From a virus, in the IMG/VR virus record IMGVR_UViG_3300045988_158116: DNA of 37,724 bases; one strand, 5' to 3'. Made by a program: the position numbers and the translations under genes. The first letter of the stretch is position 1. Every line of letters begins with the position of its first letter. The notes below the pieces were generated by a model. It made no database searches and had not been told where the DNA came from. It worked only from the letters and a program-made list of their open reading frames with translations. Shown here piece after piece: positions 1 to 9,000 of this stretch.

Positions 1-53
1 GCAAGATTGGCTTTGGGAGCAGGGGGTCGTGGGTTCGAATCCCGTCGCCCCGA
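1..53 (+). tRNA. 3' portion (anticodon arm to discriminator) of a tRNA-Pro(UGG)-like gene; the 5' part lies left of the window
   Basis: Anticodon loop TTTGGGA at 12-18 (UGG); variable loop GGGTC; T arm GTGGG-TTCGAAT-CCCGT. The acceptor 3' strand CGCCCCG plus A53 implies C1:G72/A73, as in bacterial tRNA-Pro. The anticodon stem has one mismatch and the T stem has two G-U pairs. Confidence 0.55.
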
Positions 54-55
54 CA
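1..55 (+). repeat. attL core: direct repeat identical to 37670-37724
   Basis: GCAAGATTGGCTTTGGGAGCAGGGGGTCGTGGGTTCGAATCCCGTCGCCCCGACA is repeated exactly at the right end. The true repeat could extend beyond the window. Confidence 0.9.
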
Positions 56-63
56 GATATTTT

Positions 64-112
64 AAACCGTTGGTTTTCAAGGATTTACGACTTGAGAGCT
101 AACGGTTTTTTT
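64..112 (+). terminator. Hairpin plus T-run just after the tRNA end
   Basis: AAACCGTT (64-71) pairs with AACGGTTT (101-108). An inner TCAAG/CTTGA pairing is present, followed by a T-run. Confidence 0.4.
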
Positions 113-292
113 GTTGTATATGGCTCATTTTTCAGTTATATTTTGTTAATTACGACCAATTATTTATGTGTTTTTATGCACTTTTGTGTCGCTTTGTGTG
201 GCTTTTTCACAGGTTTCTCACAAAAAAAGGGCAAAAAACGTGTTTTTACTGATTTTGAATACAATTATTAACGCTGAAAAAATGAGTTTGGC

Positions 293-1567
293 ATGGCTTA
301 TAAATTAAAATGGTATTTGGATTTAAGGAAATTGGATAAGGACGGTAGGGGAAGATTATATTTGGCGGTATATAACCAGGGAAGCACTGGACTGATTCCT
401 ACAGGGGTGGCTCTGATGGAGGGCGATTGGGGGAACGGACGAGTGATGAGGAGGGTTCCGCTTGCTGATAAGTTAACGATTATGCTTAAAGAGAAAATGG
501 TTAGGGTGCAGCTGGCGATAGAAGAACTTGCCTTGAGCGTGGACGTGAACTCGATGAAGGGAACGGACTTAAAGAAGGCTGCATTGAAGTATTTAAACCT
601 GGACGCTAAGGGGAGATGTGTGGGCAAGGTGGGGACTTTCGAGAAGTTCGCCAATAGGTATGTGGCAAGAATTAGGAATGAGAGGACGAGAGGGGTGTAT
701 GAGGGTACGGTTAAGAAGATTGGGAAATATTGTGACCTTGAGCAGTTGACTTTTGAGGATATAAAGGTGGGGTGGCTGAAGGACTTTGAGGCTTGGATGG
801 CTGAGACGTGTGGTGTGAATGCGAGGGGGATTCATTTGAGGAATATTAGGGCTCTGTTTAATGCTGCAATAGATGAGGAGGTTGTTGGGGCTGATGTGTA
901 TCCGTTTAGGCGCTTCAGGATTAAGAAACAAGCCACGATGAAAAGATCGCTGACGGTGCAGGATTTGAGGAGGTTGCGGGATTATCCTTGTGAGGATTGG
1001 CAGCGTAAGTATGTGGATATGTTTATGTTGTCGTTTTACTTGTGTGGGATAAACATGGTAGATTTGGTGGCGCTACCTAAGATTAGGAGGGGGGATGTGA
1101 TAGAGTTTAGGAGGAGTAAGACGGGTGTGCCTTGTAGGATGAAGGTGCCTGATGTGGCTTGGGATATTATTGAGAGGTATGCGGGTAGGGATAGGTTAGT
1201 GTGTTTTGGTGAGGACTGTGTGGGTGTGGGGGCATGGCATGATAGGTTGCACAGGATGAATATGGCGCTGCAGAAGGTAGGTCCTTCGAGCTACGTATAT
1301 GTGAGGGCTAAGGGAAGGGGGCGTAAGTTGAAGCGTGAGAAGGTGTATGAGGGGTTATTCCCTGAGTTGACATCGTATTGGGCAAGGCATACTTGGGCTA
1401 CGTTGGCAGCTGAAGTGGATGTGCCTGATGCGGTGATAGATGCTGCATTGGGTCATAGGTCGCCTTATCCAATGGCTGATATTTATATTCGGCGTAATTA
1501 TAAGAAGGTTGACGAGGCTGTGGATAAGGTGATTGCTTATTTGAATTGTTGTGATGTTATGTTGTGA
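293..1567 (+). CDS. int: Tyrosine recombinase / phage integrase (Bacteroidota type with N-terminal arm-binding domain)
   Basis: 424 aa, adjacent to attL. C-terminal catalytic motifs are ARHTWAT, LGHRS and ADIYIRR (Y). The N-terminus YLDLRKLDKDGRGRLYLAVY resembles arm-DNA-binding domains. Confidence 0.9.
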   Translation: MAYKLKWYLDLRKLDKDGRGRLYLAVYNQGSTGLIPTGVALMEGDWGNGRVMRRVPLADKLTIMLKEKMVRVQLAIEELALSVDVNSMKGTDLKKAALKYLNLDAKGRCVGKVGTFEKFANRYVARIRNERTRGVYEGTVKKIGKYCDLEQLTFEDIKVGWLKDFEAWMAETCGVNARGIHLRNIRALFNAAIDEEVVGADVYPFRRFRIKKQATMKRSLTVQDLRRLRDYPCEDWQRKYVDMFMLSFYLCGINMVDLVALPKIRRGDVIEFRRSKTGVPCRMKVPDVAWDIIERYAGRDRLVCFGEDCVGVGAWHDRLHRMNMALQKVGPSSYVYVRAKGRGRKLKREKVYEGLFPELTSYWARHTWATLAAEVDVPDAVIDAALGHRSPYPMADIYIRRNYKKVDEAVDKVIAYLNCCDVML

Positions 1568-1585
1568 GATTGTGGCATGTGTTAT

Positions 1586-1614
1586 GGGCTTTTCTTAACG
1601 GGAAAGCCCTTTTT
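1586..1614 (+). terminator. Rho-independent terminator after the integrase
   Basis: GGGCTTTTC...GGAAAGCCC stem followed by TTTTT. Confidence 0.6.
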
Positions 1615-1643
1615 ATTGCAGATGAAATTATGCAAATAAAACT

Positions 1644-1677
1644 GCGCTCCCTTACCATTGGGATGGTAGGGGAGCGC
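1644..1677. terminator. 13-bp-stem hairpin between the convergent int and repressor genes (bidirectional terminator candidate)
   Basis: GCGCTCCCTTACC / GGTAGGGGAGCGC with an 8-nt loop. T-rich on the + side and A-rich on the other side. Confidence 0.55.
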
Positions 1678-1728
1678 GGTGTTTTGTATTATAGTAAACA
1701 TAACCTTTATTCTACGAACGTAGAGGGT

Positions 1729-2145
1729 TTATTTACGATCGAGAAGTACACTTATGAGGCGTTCTTTTTCAGCGAGTAGGGTGTTTAGAGAGGAGATTTT
1801 TTGCTTTAATAATTGCACATCTTTTTCGGTTTCGGAAGTATCAGAAGCCCCGTAATTACTGACTTCTAAGCTACCTGACGAGTTTACTTGTGCCGTGTTA
1901 TGATGTCCACTCACATGCACAGAACTTGAACCTTCTTCAGGCAATAACATCTCCCCCTCCCCCGTTAGCAACCAATTACCATCAACTTGGGGAAAAGCAC
2001 GCTTTATACGCTCGGGATCGAAAATTTTACGTGCTAACCATGTACCAATAGTACCTTGACTTGCACCCATCTGTTTTGCGAATAAACTTTGATTACCTTT
2101 CGCAAATGTTATGATTAACTGTTCTAATTGTCCGCAATCCTTCAT
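1729..2145 (-). CDS. CI-like prophage repressor (HTH, Bacteroidota Phage_CI_repr type) with a C-terminal coiled coil
   Basis: 138 aa and the only convincing minus-strand gene. HTH region is NQSLFAKQMGASQGTIGTWL. The motif DGNWLLTGEGEML is typical of CI-repressor HTH proteins of Bacteroidales. It diverges from the early operon. Confidence 0.8.
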   Translation of the reverse strand: MKDCGQLEQLIITFAKGNQSLFAKQMGASQGTIGTWLARKIFDPERIKRAFPQVDGNWLLTGEGEMLLPEEGSSSVHVSGHHNTAQVNSSGSLEVSNYGASDTSETEKDVQLLKQKISSLNTLLAEKERLISVLLDRK

Positions 2146-2165
2146 AATTATTGTTTTATATTTCC

Positions 2166-2240
2166 TATTTTGCTATCGTAAATAAAAATAATTGCAATAT
2201 CATTTGCTATTATATTATTGCATTTGCTATATTTGCAGCA
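2166..2240. promoter_or_regulatory. Divergent immunity control region: repeated TTTGCTAT operators overlapping a rightward -7 box
   Basis: TTTGCTAT at 2169-2176, 2203-2210 and 2223-2230 (the last two within CATTTGCTAT, 20 bp apart). Variant TTTGCAGC at 2232-2239. ATTGCA at 2191 and 2217. TATATTTG (TAnnTTTG) at 2228-2235. Confidence 0.55.
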
Positions 2241-2293
2241 CATAACCGCGTTACTTAACATTGTTAATAATACAAAGGTATAGAATAAAGGTT

Positions 2294-2638
2294 ATGTTTA
2301 CAAGTAAAATGGATAAAAAAAATAGGATTGTGAAGACGTGGAGTCCAACGCGGACGATGCGTGCGATGGGGGTTGGAACACAGATTTCGTTGCCCCTGGT
2401 GATGGTAGGTAGTCCACAGGCTATGTATATGGCCAAGATGCGGTTGAATGCTGAATGTGGATGGGAACAGTGGTTGGTGAAAGTTACCGAGGTGGTTGAC
2501 GCTAAGGGTATGCCGAGGAAGCGTGTAGTTGTGGAACGACGTGAACGACCTGCGGATTTTCCCCTGCAGCCCCCCACTGCTGCTGTGAGTGACGAACAGA
2601 ATATGAAAGAAAAGAAAGGAGGACATGAAGATGACTGA
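2294..2638 (+). CDS. Hypothetical early protein (first gene of the rightward operon)
   Basis: ORF 2261-2638 with ATG options at 2261, 2294 and 2309. It overlaps the start of the next gene. The two minus-strand ORFs here are low-complexity shadows. Confidence 0.55.
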   Translation: MFTSKMDKKNRIVKTWSPTRTMRAMGVGTQISLPLVMVGSPQAMYMAKMRLNAECGWEQWLVKVTEVVDAKGMPRKRVVVERRERPADFPLQPPTAAVSDEQNMKEKKGGHEDD

Positions 2639-2831
2639 TGTGAGACCAAAGGTGGAGCCCGATGGGCGTTACACTGTGACCGATGCTCGCAAGGCTTTAG
2701 GTATATCGCACAGAGCGATGTATGATTGGATTAATAAGGGCTGGATTAAGTGTGAGTATAGGAAGGTTGGTTGTAGGCGTTTTATCTTGGGTAGTGAGAT
2801 TCTGCGCGTGTGGGACGACTTTTATAGATAG
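2625..2831 (+). CDS. Excisionase-like / MerR-type HTH DNA-binding protein
   Basis: 68 aa. YTVTDARKALGISHRAMYDWINKGWIK resembles Xis/AlpA HTH_17 proteins. Located in the early operon near the integrase. Confidence 0.6.
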   Translation: MKMTDVRPKVEPDGRYTVTDARKALGISHRAMYDWINKGWIKCEYRKVGCRRFILGSEILRVWDDFYR

Positions 2832-3157
2832 AGTTGGATTTCATCCTTCGTTTTCTCGCCATGGCATAACTCGAGCAAGCTCGGTTCTGCTCATTTGGCT
2901 TAACGAAAACGTTCGGCACGTAAGAAGAAGTAGAAGACAATAACTGGAAAAAAATGGTGCTTGGGAGGTGACGTGCCAACGCGTCACGGTGACACTATGA
3001 CATATCCCCTAAAAGGACTGCGCGGGGGTGTGGGGTGTGAAGACATCGAATGGTATAGGGTTAGTGCACGGTGGTGCATGTGGTGGCTGCTATGCGTGGC
3101 GATGTGCCTGGGTGCTATATGTGAGCTATAAGATTATTAACAACGAAAAAAAAAAGA

Positions 3158-3400
3158 TTGAATATGAAATGGTGTGTGACTTTAGATGCTGTGGCGCGAT
3201 GCGCTAAGTGGGTGTTGTGTGGTGTGGTGATGTGTGTGGGCTTTGCGATGGCTGGGCAGATGGACTATGAGGACCATGTGTTGACCGAGATGAAGAATAA
3301 CGGCAGCTATGGTGCGATGGTGCATGCTCATCCTGACTGGAGCGAGCACGAGTTGGTGGAGGCGTATGTGGCTGGGCGTGATGGTGTGTGTGGTAACTAA
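3158..3400 (+). CDS. Small hypothetical membrane protein
   Basis: 80 aa with one hydrophobic segment (WVLCGVVMCVGFAMAG) and an acidic tail. The overlapping minus-strand ORFs are His/Thr/Pro-rich shadows of GT-rich DNA. Confidence 0.45.
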   Translation: MNMKWCVTLDAVARCAKWVLCGVVMCVGFAMAGQMDYEDHVLTEMKNNGSYGAMVHAHPDWSEHELVEAYVAGRDGVCGN

Positions 3401-3601
3401 TGGAACGGTAATGCCGAGCAGGGTTGTGTGAGCAGAGCAACGTGGTGACTGCTGCATGTGTTGTGCCAAATTGTGTGGCTTGCGCCTGAGGTTTTATTGC
3501 TTGTATGGCGGGCTGCACGAAATAGTGAATATTAACATGTTTATTAAAAGGAGTAGTGGCATGGCGGTGGTGGTGTGCGTTTGTGATGACGCTTGCAAAT
3601 T

Positions 3602-3627
3602 GCGGTTCGAGTCCGCGACTCGGCACA
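3602..3627 (+). repeat. Left 26-bp direct repeat (tRNA T-arm plus acceptor-3'-strand-like)
   Basis: Identical to 5736-5761. Reads as T stem/loop GCGG-TTCGAGT-CCGC, then ACTCGGC plus A. Confidence 0.85.
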
Positions 3628-3637
3628 AAATGGTGAC

Positions 3638-4762
3638 ATGTATATGGAAAAGGAAACTGCGTTTAGGGACTATGCCAAACATTTAGCTAAAAATGGTGAT
3701 GGCTGCAATTATGCTACCATTGGTAAAAGGCTTTGTGTGGCGCAGAGGTATCTTGATGAGGTTGAGGGCTTGACGCTGAAAGATTATAGAAAATGGCGCA
3801 AGGAGAATGCTCAGAAAATAGTGTTTGACCATGCGAATGTGTATGACCTTTTAAGTCCGTTTCTACAGTTTGTGGGTATAAATAAGTGCGGTAAACGGTC
3901 GCGCGAGCCTAAGCCCCTTGCGAGCAAAAAGGAGGTGAGCGAGAGTTGTGAAAGAGAGGTAAATGCTTTTGCCTTATGGTTGCAAAACAACAATGACATG
4001 AGCACTCACACCATACGCAGTTATATCACGGCAATGCGCGAATATTTTGCTTACGCTGACAAGGTTAGCAATGAATTGGTGCGTGCTTACATGTGTACCC
4101 TTACGGCACAAGGACTGAAGCCTAATACGGTTAATTTGCGGTTATGTGCAATTAGGGCTTTTGCTAAGATGAAGCGCAAACAGCTTGATGTAAAACGCAT
4201 AAAAATACACCGTGTGTTAGACCTTGAAAATGTTCCGAACGAGACAGAGTTTAGAAAGCTTACCGAATGGTTAAAGCAGCAAGGCAAGATGCGGTTTTAT
4301 TTTGCAGTGTTGGCATTTGGTTTGACTGGTGCTCGTATTAGTGAGATGCTGCAAGTGACGTGGGAACAGATTGAGACAGGCGAGGCTGTGATGATAGGCA
4401 AAGGGCGTAAGCAGCGTAGGTTGTTCTTCCCGAAACAATTTCAGCGTGAGGCCGTGCAATATGCCAAGGCTAATAATTTGCACGGGTTGTTAATGACAAA
4501 CAAAACGGGAGAGCCCATTACGAGCCGTGGTTTTTGCTCTATGCTCAAGATTTATGGCGCAAAGTGTGGCATAGATAAGTGCAAGATGCACCCTCATGCT
4601 TTTAGGCATATGTTCGCCAAGATGTATTTAAAGAAGTCGAAAGGTGACATTGCTCAGTTAAGTGCCTTGTTGGGGCATTCAAAATTAGACACTACACATA
4701 TTTACATTCAAAAAAGCAAAGATGAACAACGCAAAGAATATGATAGAATCGTTACGTGGTGA
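3638..4762 (+). CDS. Second tyrosine recombinase (XerC/XerD-like integrase)
   Basis: Motifs are GARISEML (Arg I), HPHAFRHMFA (H-x-x-R) and LLGHSKLDTTHIYI (His/Tyr). Start chosen at the ATG at 3638 or 3644, just after the left repeat, rather than the ORF-track start at 3593. Confidence 0.85.
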   Translation: MYMEKETAFRDYAKHLAKNGDGCNYATIGKRLCVAQRYLDEVEGLTLKDYRKWRKENAQKIVFDHANVYDLLSPFLQFVGINKCGKRSREPKPLASKKEVSESCEREVNAFALWLQNNNDMSTHTIRSYITAMREYFAYADKVSNELVRAYMCTLTAQGLKPNTVNLRLCAIRAFAKMKRKQLDVKRIKIHRVLDLENVPNETEFRKLTEWLKQQGKMRFYFAVLAFGLTGARISEMLQVTWEQIETGEAVMIGKGRKQRRLFFPKQFQREAVQYAKANNLHGLLMTNKTGEPITSRGFCSMLKIYGAKCGIDKCKMHPHAFRHMFAKMYLKKSKGDIAQLSALLGHSKLDTTHIYIQKSKDEQRKEYDRIVTW

Positions 4763-5726
4763 GATAAAGACCCTTGACACCATGACGAACGAGTTAAAGG
4801 ATTGCACGCTCTATGACGAGACGGGGCACGTTGGTTTTGAACACTTGGAGGATACCATTGCGCTGATGAAAGAGTTCGCTCAAACAGCCATAAAATTCAA
4901 TAAAACAATAGAAAGTATGTTTGGCATTACTGACGATGATTCCCCTAAAAACGCTAAAGGCAAACGTGGTGGCTGTAAGCGTAAACCAGAAGATGTGTTG
5001 CGCGAGTTGACCCTTGATGATAAGGGCATAGTGCATTTGCCAAATGTGCAATTAGACGCTAAGACCTACGACAAGGTAAAACAGTATATAACCGAGGCTG
5101 GAGGAAATTGGGTAGGAGGTAAGACTCAAGGCTTTAGCTTTCCGTTTAACCCCGAACGTGTGTTCGCCATACTTAAAACTGGCAAGCGTTGCAATTTGGC
5201 ACAAGAGTTTCAATTCTTTGCCACTCCATCGACGATAGCCGACCGATTGGTAGCGTTAAACACTGCCATAAGCACCGCAGAGTGTGTGCTTGAGCCCTCG
5301 GCAGGTACAGGTGCATTGATTGAAGCTGTTTGGCGCAAATATCCAGATAAGAAGGTTGAATATTTTGAACTCATGCCTGAGAATAAGGAGAGGCTCGCAC
5401 AGATGCAAGGACCTATGGAGTTTCTTGGCGAGGACTTTCTGCAATGCGATGGAAACAGACGTTGGCAAGCTATAATAGCTAATCCACCCTTTAGTGGGAA
5501 CCAAGACGTTAAGCACGTGACGCGAATGTATGAGGCATTAGAGCGTGGTGGGTGCGTTACTGCCGTAATGAGTAATCATTGGACCTTTGCCGAGGAAAAG
5601 ATCTGTAAAGACTTTCGGCAGTTGCTTGAAGCCCAAGATGCACTCATTGAAAGTGTGCCAAGTGGTGCTTTCAGTAAGAGTGACACATCTATTAGTACAA
5701 CTATCGTACGGCTAATAAAGCCCTAA
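4722..5726 (+). CDS. Orphan N6-adenine DNA methyltransferase
   Basis: FATPSTIADRL, then motif I VLEPSAGTGAL, then motif IV IIANPPF. No adjacent restriction gene. Overlaps the recombinase by 41 nt; alternative starts at 4740 and 4782. Confidence 0.75.
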   Translation: MNNAKNMIESLRGEIKTLDTMTNELKDCTLYDETGHVGFEHLEDTIALMKEFAQTAIKFNKTIESMFGITDDDSPKNAKGKRGGCKRKPEDVLRELTLDDKGIVHLPNVQLDAKTYDKVKQYITEAGGNWVGGKTQGFSFPFNPERVFAILKTGKRCNLAQEFQFFATPSTIADRLVALNTAISTAECVLEPSAGTGALIEAVWRKYPDKKVEYFELMPENKERLAQMQGPMEFLGEDFLQCDGNRRWQAIIANPPFSGNQDVKHVTRMYEALERGGCVTAVMSNHWTFAEEKICKDFRQLLEAQDALIESVPSGAFSKSDTSISTTIVRLIKP

Positions 5727-5735
5727 AGCCATTTC

Positions 5736-5761
5736 GCGGTTCGAGTCCGCGACTCGGCACA
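5736..5761 (+). repeat. Right 26-bp direct repeat
   Basis: Identical to 3602-3627. Begins 9 nt after the methyltransferase stop. Here the T stem is perfect (CGCGG/CCGCG). Confidence 0.85.
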
Positions 5762-5854
5762 TTGTTTTTTTTATGGTGTGAAGATTTTTACACTTTACTC
5801 ATTGGTTACTATTTTTGGGTGCTTGCCTGCTGTGAAGCCCGTGGGCACCACCTT

Positions 5855-5928
5855 GGTGGGATAGGCTGTTAATGGGATAGGCAGCCATAAATCGGAACAT
5901 TAGTGGGGTTCGACTCCCCACCCCACCG
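5855..5928 (+). ncRNA. tRNA-like element (pseudo-tRNA or att-like minihelix)
   Basis: 74 nt. Acceptor GGTGGGA/CCCCACC pairs at 6 of 7 positions. T arm is perfect: TGGGG-TTCGACT-CCCCA. The D and anticodon regions do not fold canonically (4-bp stem with a 15-nt loop, 3-bp anticodon-like stem, no variable region). Confidence 0.4.
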
Positions 5929-6015
5929 CAACTTTAATTTAATGGTGGGCATGGCTGCTTGTATGTGTGCGTATGGCCCACGCTGATATTGCATCCATAA
6001 AAAAAACGATAAAGA

Positions 6016-9000
6016 ATGATTAGTAAAGAAACGATTGACCTGGTGCTGGACCGCACGATCCTTGAGGACGTGGTGCGTGAGAGCGGTGTGGCGCTAACGA
6101 AGCGGGGTAAGGACTTGGTGGCTTGCTGTCCGTTTCACGAGGAGAAGACTCCGAGTTTTTATGTGTCGCCAAGTAGACAGTTGTGGTACTGCTTTGGTGG
6201 TTGCCAAGAAGGAGGCAACGTGATAAGTTATGTGATGAAGCGCGAGGGGCTGACGTTTGTAGAGGCTGTGAAGAGGCTTGCTGAACGTGCGCACATTGAG
6301 GTGGAGAACGATGCCACCGAGGATGCGAACACGGAGCAACAACGGCTGAAGCGCGAGGCGATGACGCGACTGAACAAGAAGGTGGCGGAGTTTTATGACT
6401 CGCTGCTGCACGATGGCAGTAATGCGGACGCGGTGACTGCGCTGAATTATGCGCACCAACGGTTTGGCAAGAAGTATGTGGAGGAGGCAAAAATGGGTTA
6501 TGCCCCTAACAAATGGAACACGCTGACTGAGTGGGCACGCAAGACGGGCGAGAGCCAAGAGTTGTTGATAGAACTTGGGCTGCTGAAGCGCAAGGAGGAG
6601 AATGGACGGGTGTATGACTTTTTGCGTGGACGATTGGTGATTCCGATTACAGACCGACGTGGCGAAGTGATAGGCTTTACTGCCCGTAACCTTGTGGACA
6701 ATGTGGACGCTGCTAAGTATGTGAACTCTCAGGAGAGCGAGGCGTATCATAAGGGTGACACGGTGTTTGGCATGAACGTGGCCTTTGCCCAGGCTCGCAA
6801 GGAGGAGCGCATGTATTTGGTTGAGGGTGCGCCTGATGCGATGAAGATGCACTCGGTGGGTATTGATAACGTGGTGGCTACGTTGGGTGGTAACTGGACG
6901 GAGAAGCAGTTTGAGTTAGTGAAAAAGGCTGCTACGAACGTGTGCTTTATTAACGATGCCGACCCTGTGCCTGTGGGCAAGCGTTATGGCACGGGCATTG
7001 GTTATGTGCTGCGCAATGGTGAGTTGGCCATGAAGCAGGGACTGAACGTGACGGTGCGCGAATTGCCTTGCAAAGAGGGTAACTTGAAGCAGGACCCTGG
7101 CGACTTTTTTACGACCAGCACAAGGCTGAATGAGCTAAAGGAGGAGGACTTTGTGACGTGGGCTGCGCAAAAGATTATAGACAAGGATGCTCCGAGCGAC
7201 CGACTGAGTGCAGCGCTAAAGCAAGTGGCTACGTTGGCATCGTATGTGGTTGATGACACGCTACTGGAGATGTTGATTGACGGCCTTAACAAGATACGCA
7301 GAGGTAAGGAGTTTTGGCGTGGACTGATACAGAAGGTGCGATGGGACCGCGAGAAGACGGATAAGCGCAAGAATGGCGAGATTGACCTTAGGGAGTATGG
7401 CTTCTATAAGGAGGCGGGCGGTTATTGGGGTCAGACGGAGAAGGGCTCGGAAATTCAGTGGAGCAACTTTACGATGCGCCCTGTGTTCCATATTAAGGAC
7501 GCTGATCAGCCTAAGCGCATCTTTTATATAAAGAATAATAAGGGTGCTGAAGATGTGGTTGAGATGTCGATTGAAGACTTGGTGAGTTTGAGCAAGTTTA
7601 GGCAACGCATTGAAAGTATTGGTAACTACATGTGGATGGCAGGTGACCGCGAACTGATGAAGCTCAAGACCTACCTCTATGAGAACACCGAGACCTCGCG
7701 ACTCATTAAGCAGTTGGGGTGGAACCAAGCAGGCTTTTATGCCTTTGGCAATGGTGTGTGGATGGATGGAACATTTAGAAAGGCTGATGAATTTGGGGTG
7801 TGCAAATTACAGAATGGTGATAATTGGTATATACCCGCAGCCTCGAAACTTTACAAGGAAGACCGTAAGAAGTTTGAACGTGAGCGCAAGTTTATTCATC
7901 AAACCTTGCAGAATGTGCCTTTTAGGGGGTATATGGAGGACTTTGTAATGGTGTATGGCAACAATGGTATAGTGGGTTTGTGTTATTGGTTGGCTGCCTT
8001 GTTTAGGGATGTGGTGACGGATAGCACACGCTCCTTTCCGCTGCTGAATTTGTTTGGTCCTAAGGGTTCGGGAAAGACTGAACTGGGTGCTGCGCTGATG
8101 GCGTTTTTTGTGAGCGACAATAAGGCGCCCAACTTGCGCAACTCTACGGCTACGGCACTGAACGACGACGTGGCTTTTGCCTCGAATGCTCTTGTGCATC
8201 TCGACGAGTATAAAAACGACATTCGCCCTGACAAGATTGAGTTTTTGAAGGGACTGTATGACGGTGTGGGACGTGTGAAGATGTCGGGTGCTGCGTTTGA
8301 CGCTCGCATTATGACGAGTGTGAAGAGCGGTGTGATAGTTTCGGGACAGGAAATGCCTACTGCTGACCCAGCATTGTTTTCGCGTTGTTTGTTCTTGTCG
8401 TTTCCTCGATCGGAGTTTAGCACCGAAGAGTGCCGACGCTTTGCAGCGCTACGCGAGGTGCAAAAGTTTGGTTTGTCGTTTTTGACGATTGAGGTGTTGA
8501 AGCATCGCAAGCACTTTGCAGCCAACTTTGCCGATAACTATGCTTTGGTGCGCGACGAGGTGAACCGTATGACGGATTATGCACGTTTGGACACTCGTAT
8601 TGTGGAGAATTGGTGTAAGGTGGCTGCAGCGTTTAAGGTGCTTGAGGCGAAGTTGGACTTTCCGTTTCACTATGCCGAGGTGTTGCGCTTGTGCGTGGAT
8701 GGTATCAAGACGCAGAACGACATATTGAACACGGGCAACGAGCTCGCTGTGTTCTGGACGGCTGTGGCTTACTTGAAGAACACGGGCGAGGTGTTTGCCA
8801 CTGCCGACTATAAGATAGCCACCTTGCAAACGCTGCGCACTACGAAGCAAGACTTTGACTTTGGCACTCCAAGGCGCGTGATCTACGTGAACAAGAGCCG
8901 ATTGTTTAGCCTCTACAAGCGTGCAGCTTTGCAAACGGGCGATTCGGCATTGCCTGAGGATTCGCTGAAGATATACTTAGAGAATGCCGACTACTTTTTG

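Larger units (their letters stand above)
3602..5761 (+). mobile_element. Nested mini integrative cassette: tyrosine recombinase plus N6-adenine methyltransferase between 26-bp direct repeats
   Basis: GCGGTTCGAGTCCGCGACTCGGCACA at 3602-3627 and 5736-5761. Exactly two overlapping genes lie between the copies. Confidence 0.6.

Noticed and set aside
29-271. 80-aa ORF starting inside the tRNA/att repeat
   Set aside because: It overlaps the tRNA 3' end and its terminator, and has a hydrophobic low-complexity product from T-rich DNA. More likely it is the attP arm or integrase promoter region.
3530-3627. An intact tRNA ending in the left 26-bp repeat
   Set aside because: No complementary acceptor 5' strand (GCCGAGT or wobble variants) and no D or anticodon arms could be found in the 70-90 nt upstream. 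The same holds upstream of the right copy, which is methyltransferase coding sequence.
3593-3637. N-terminal extension of the second integrase (track start 3593) reading through the left 26-bp repeat
   Set aside because: The extension translates the tRNA-like repeat. ATGs at 3638 and 3644 immediately after the repeat give a normal integrase N-terminus.
5855-5928. Calling this a functional canonical tRNA (anticodon GGA?)
   Set aside because: Only the acceptor and T arms fold. The D loop is 15 nt, the anticodon stem is 3 bp with C at position 33, and there is no variable region. It is kept only as a tRNA-like element.
6020-9000. Multiple long minus-strand ORFs inside the primase-helicase gene (6020-6490, 6094-6852, 7261-7728, 7983-8525, 8449-8934)
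   Set aside because: They are shadow ORFs opposite a gene with clear primase, Toprim and P-loop motifs. Their products are low-complexity and Arg/His/Leu-rich.
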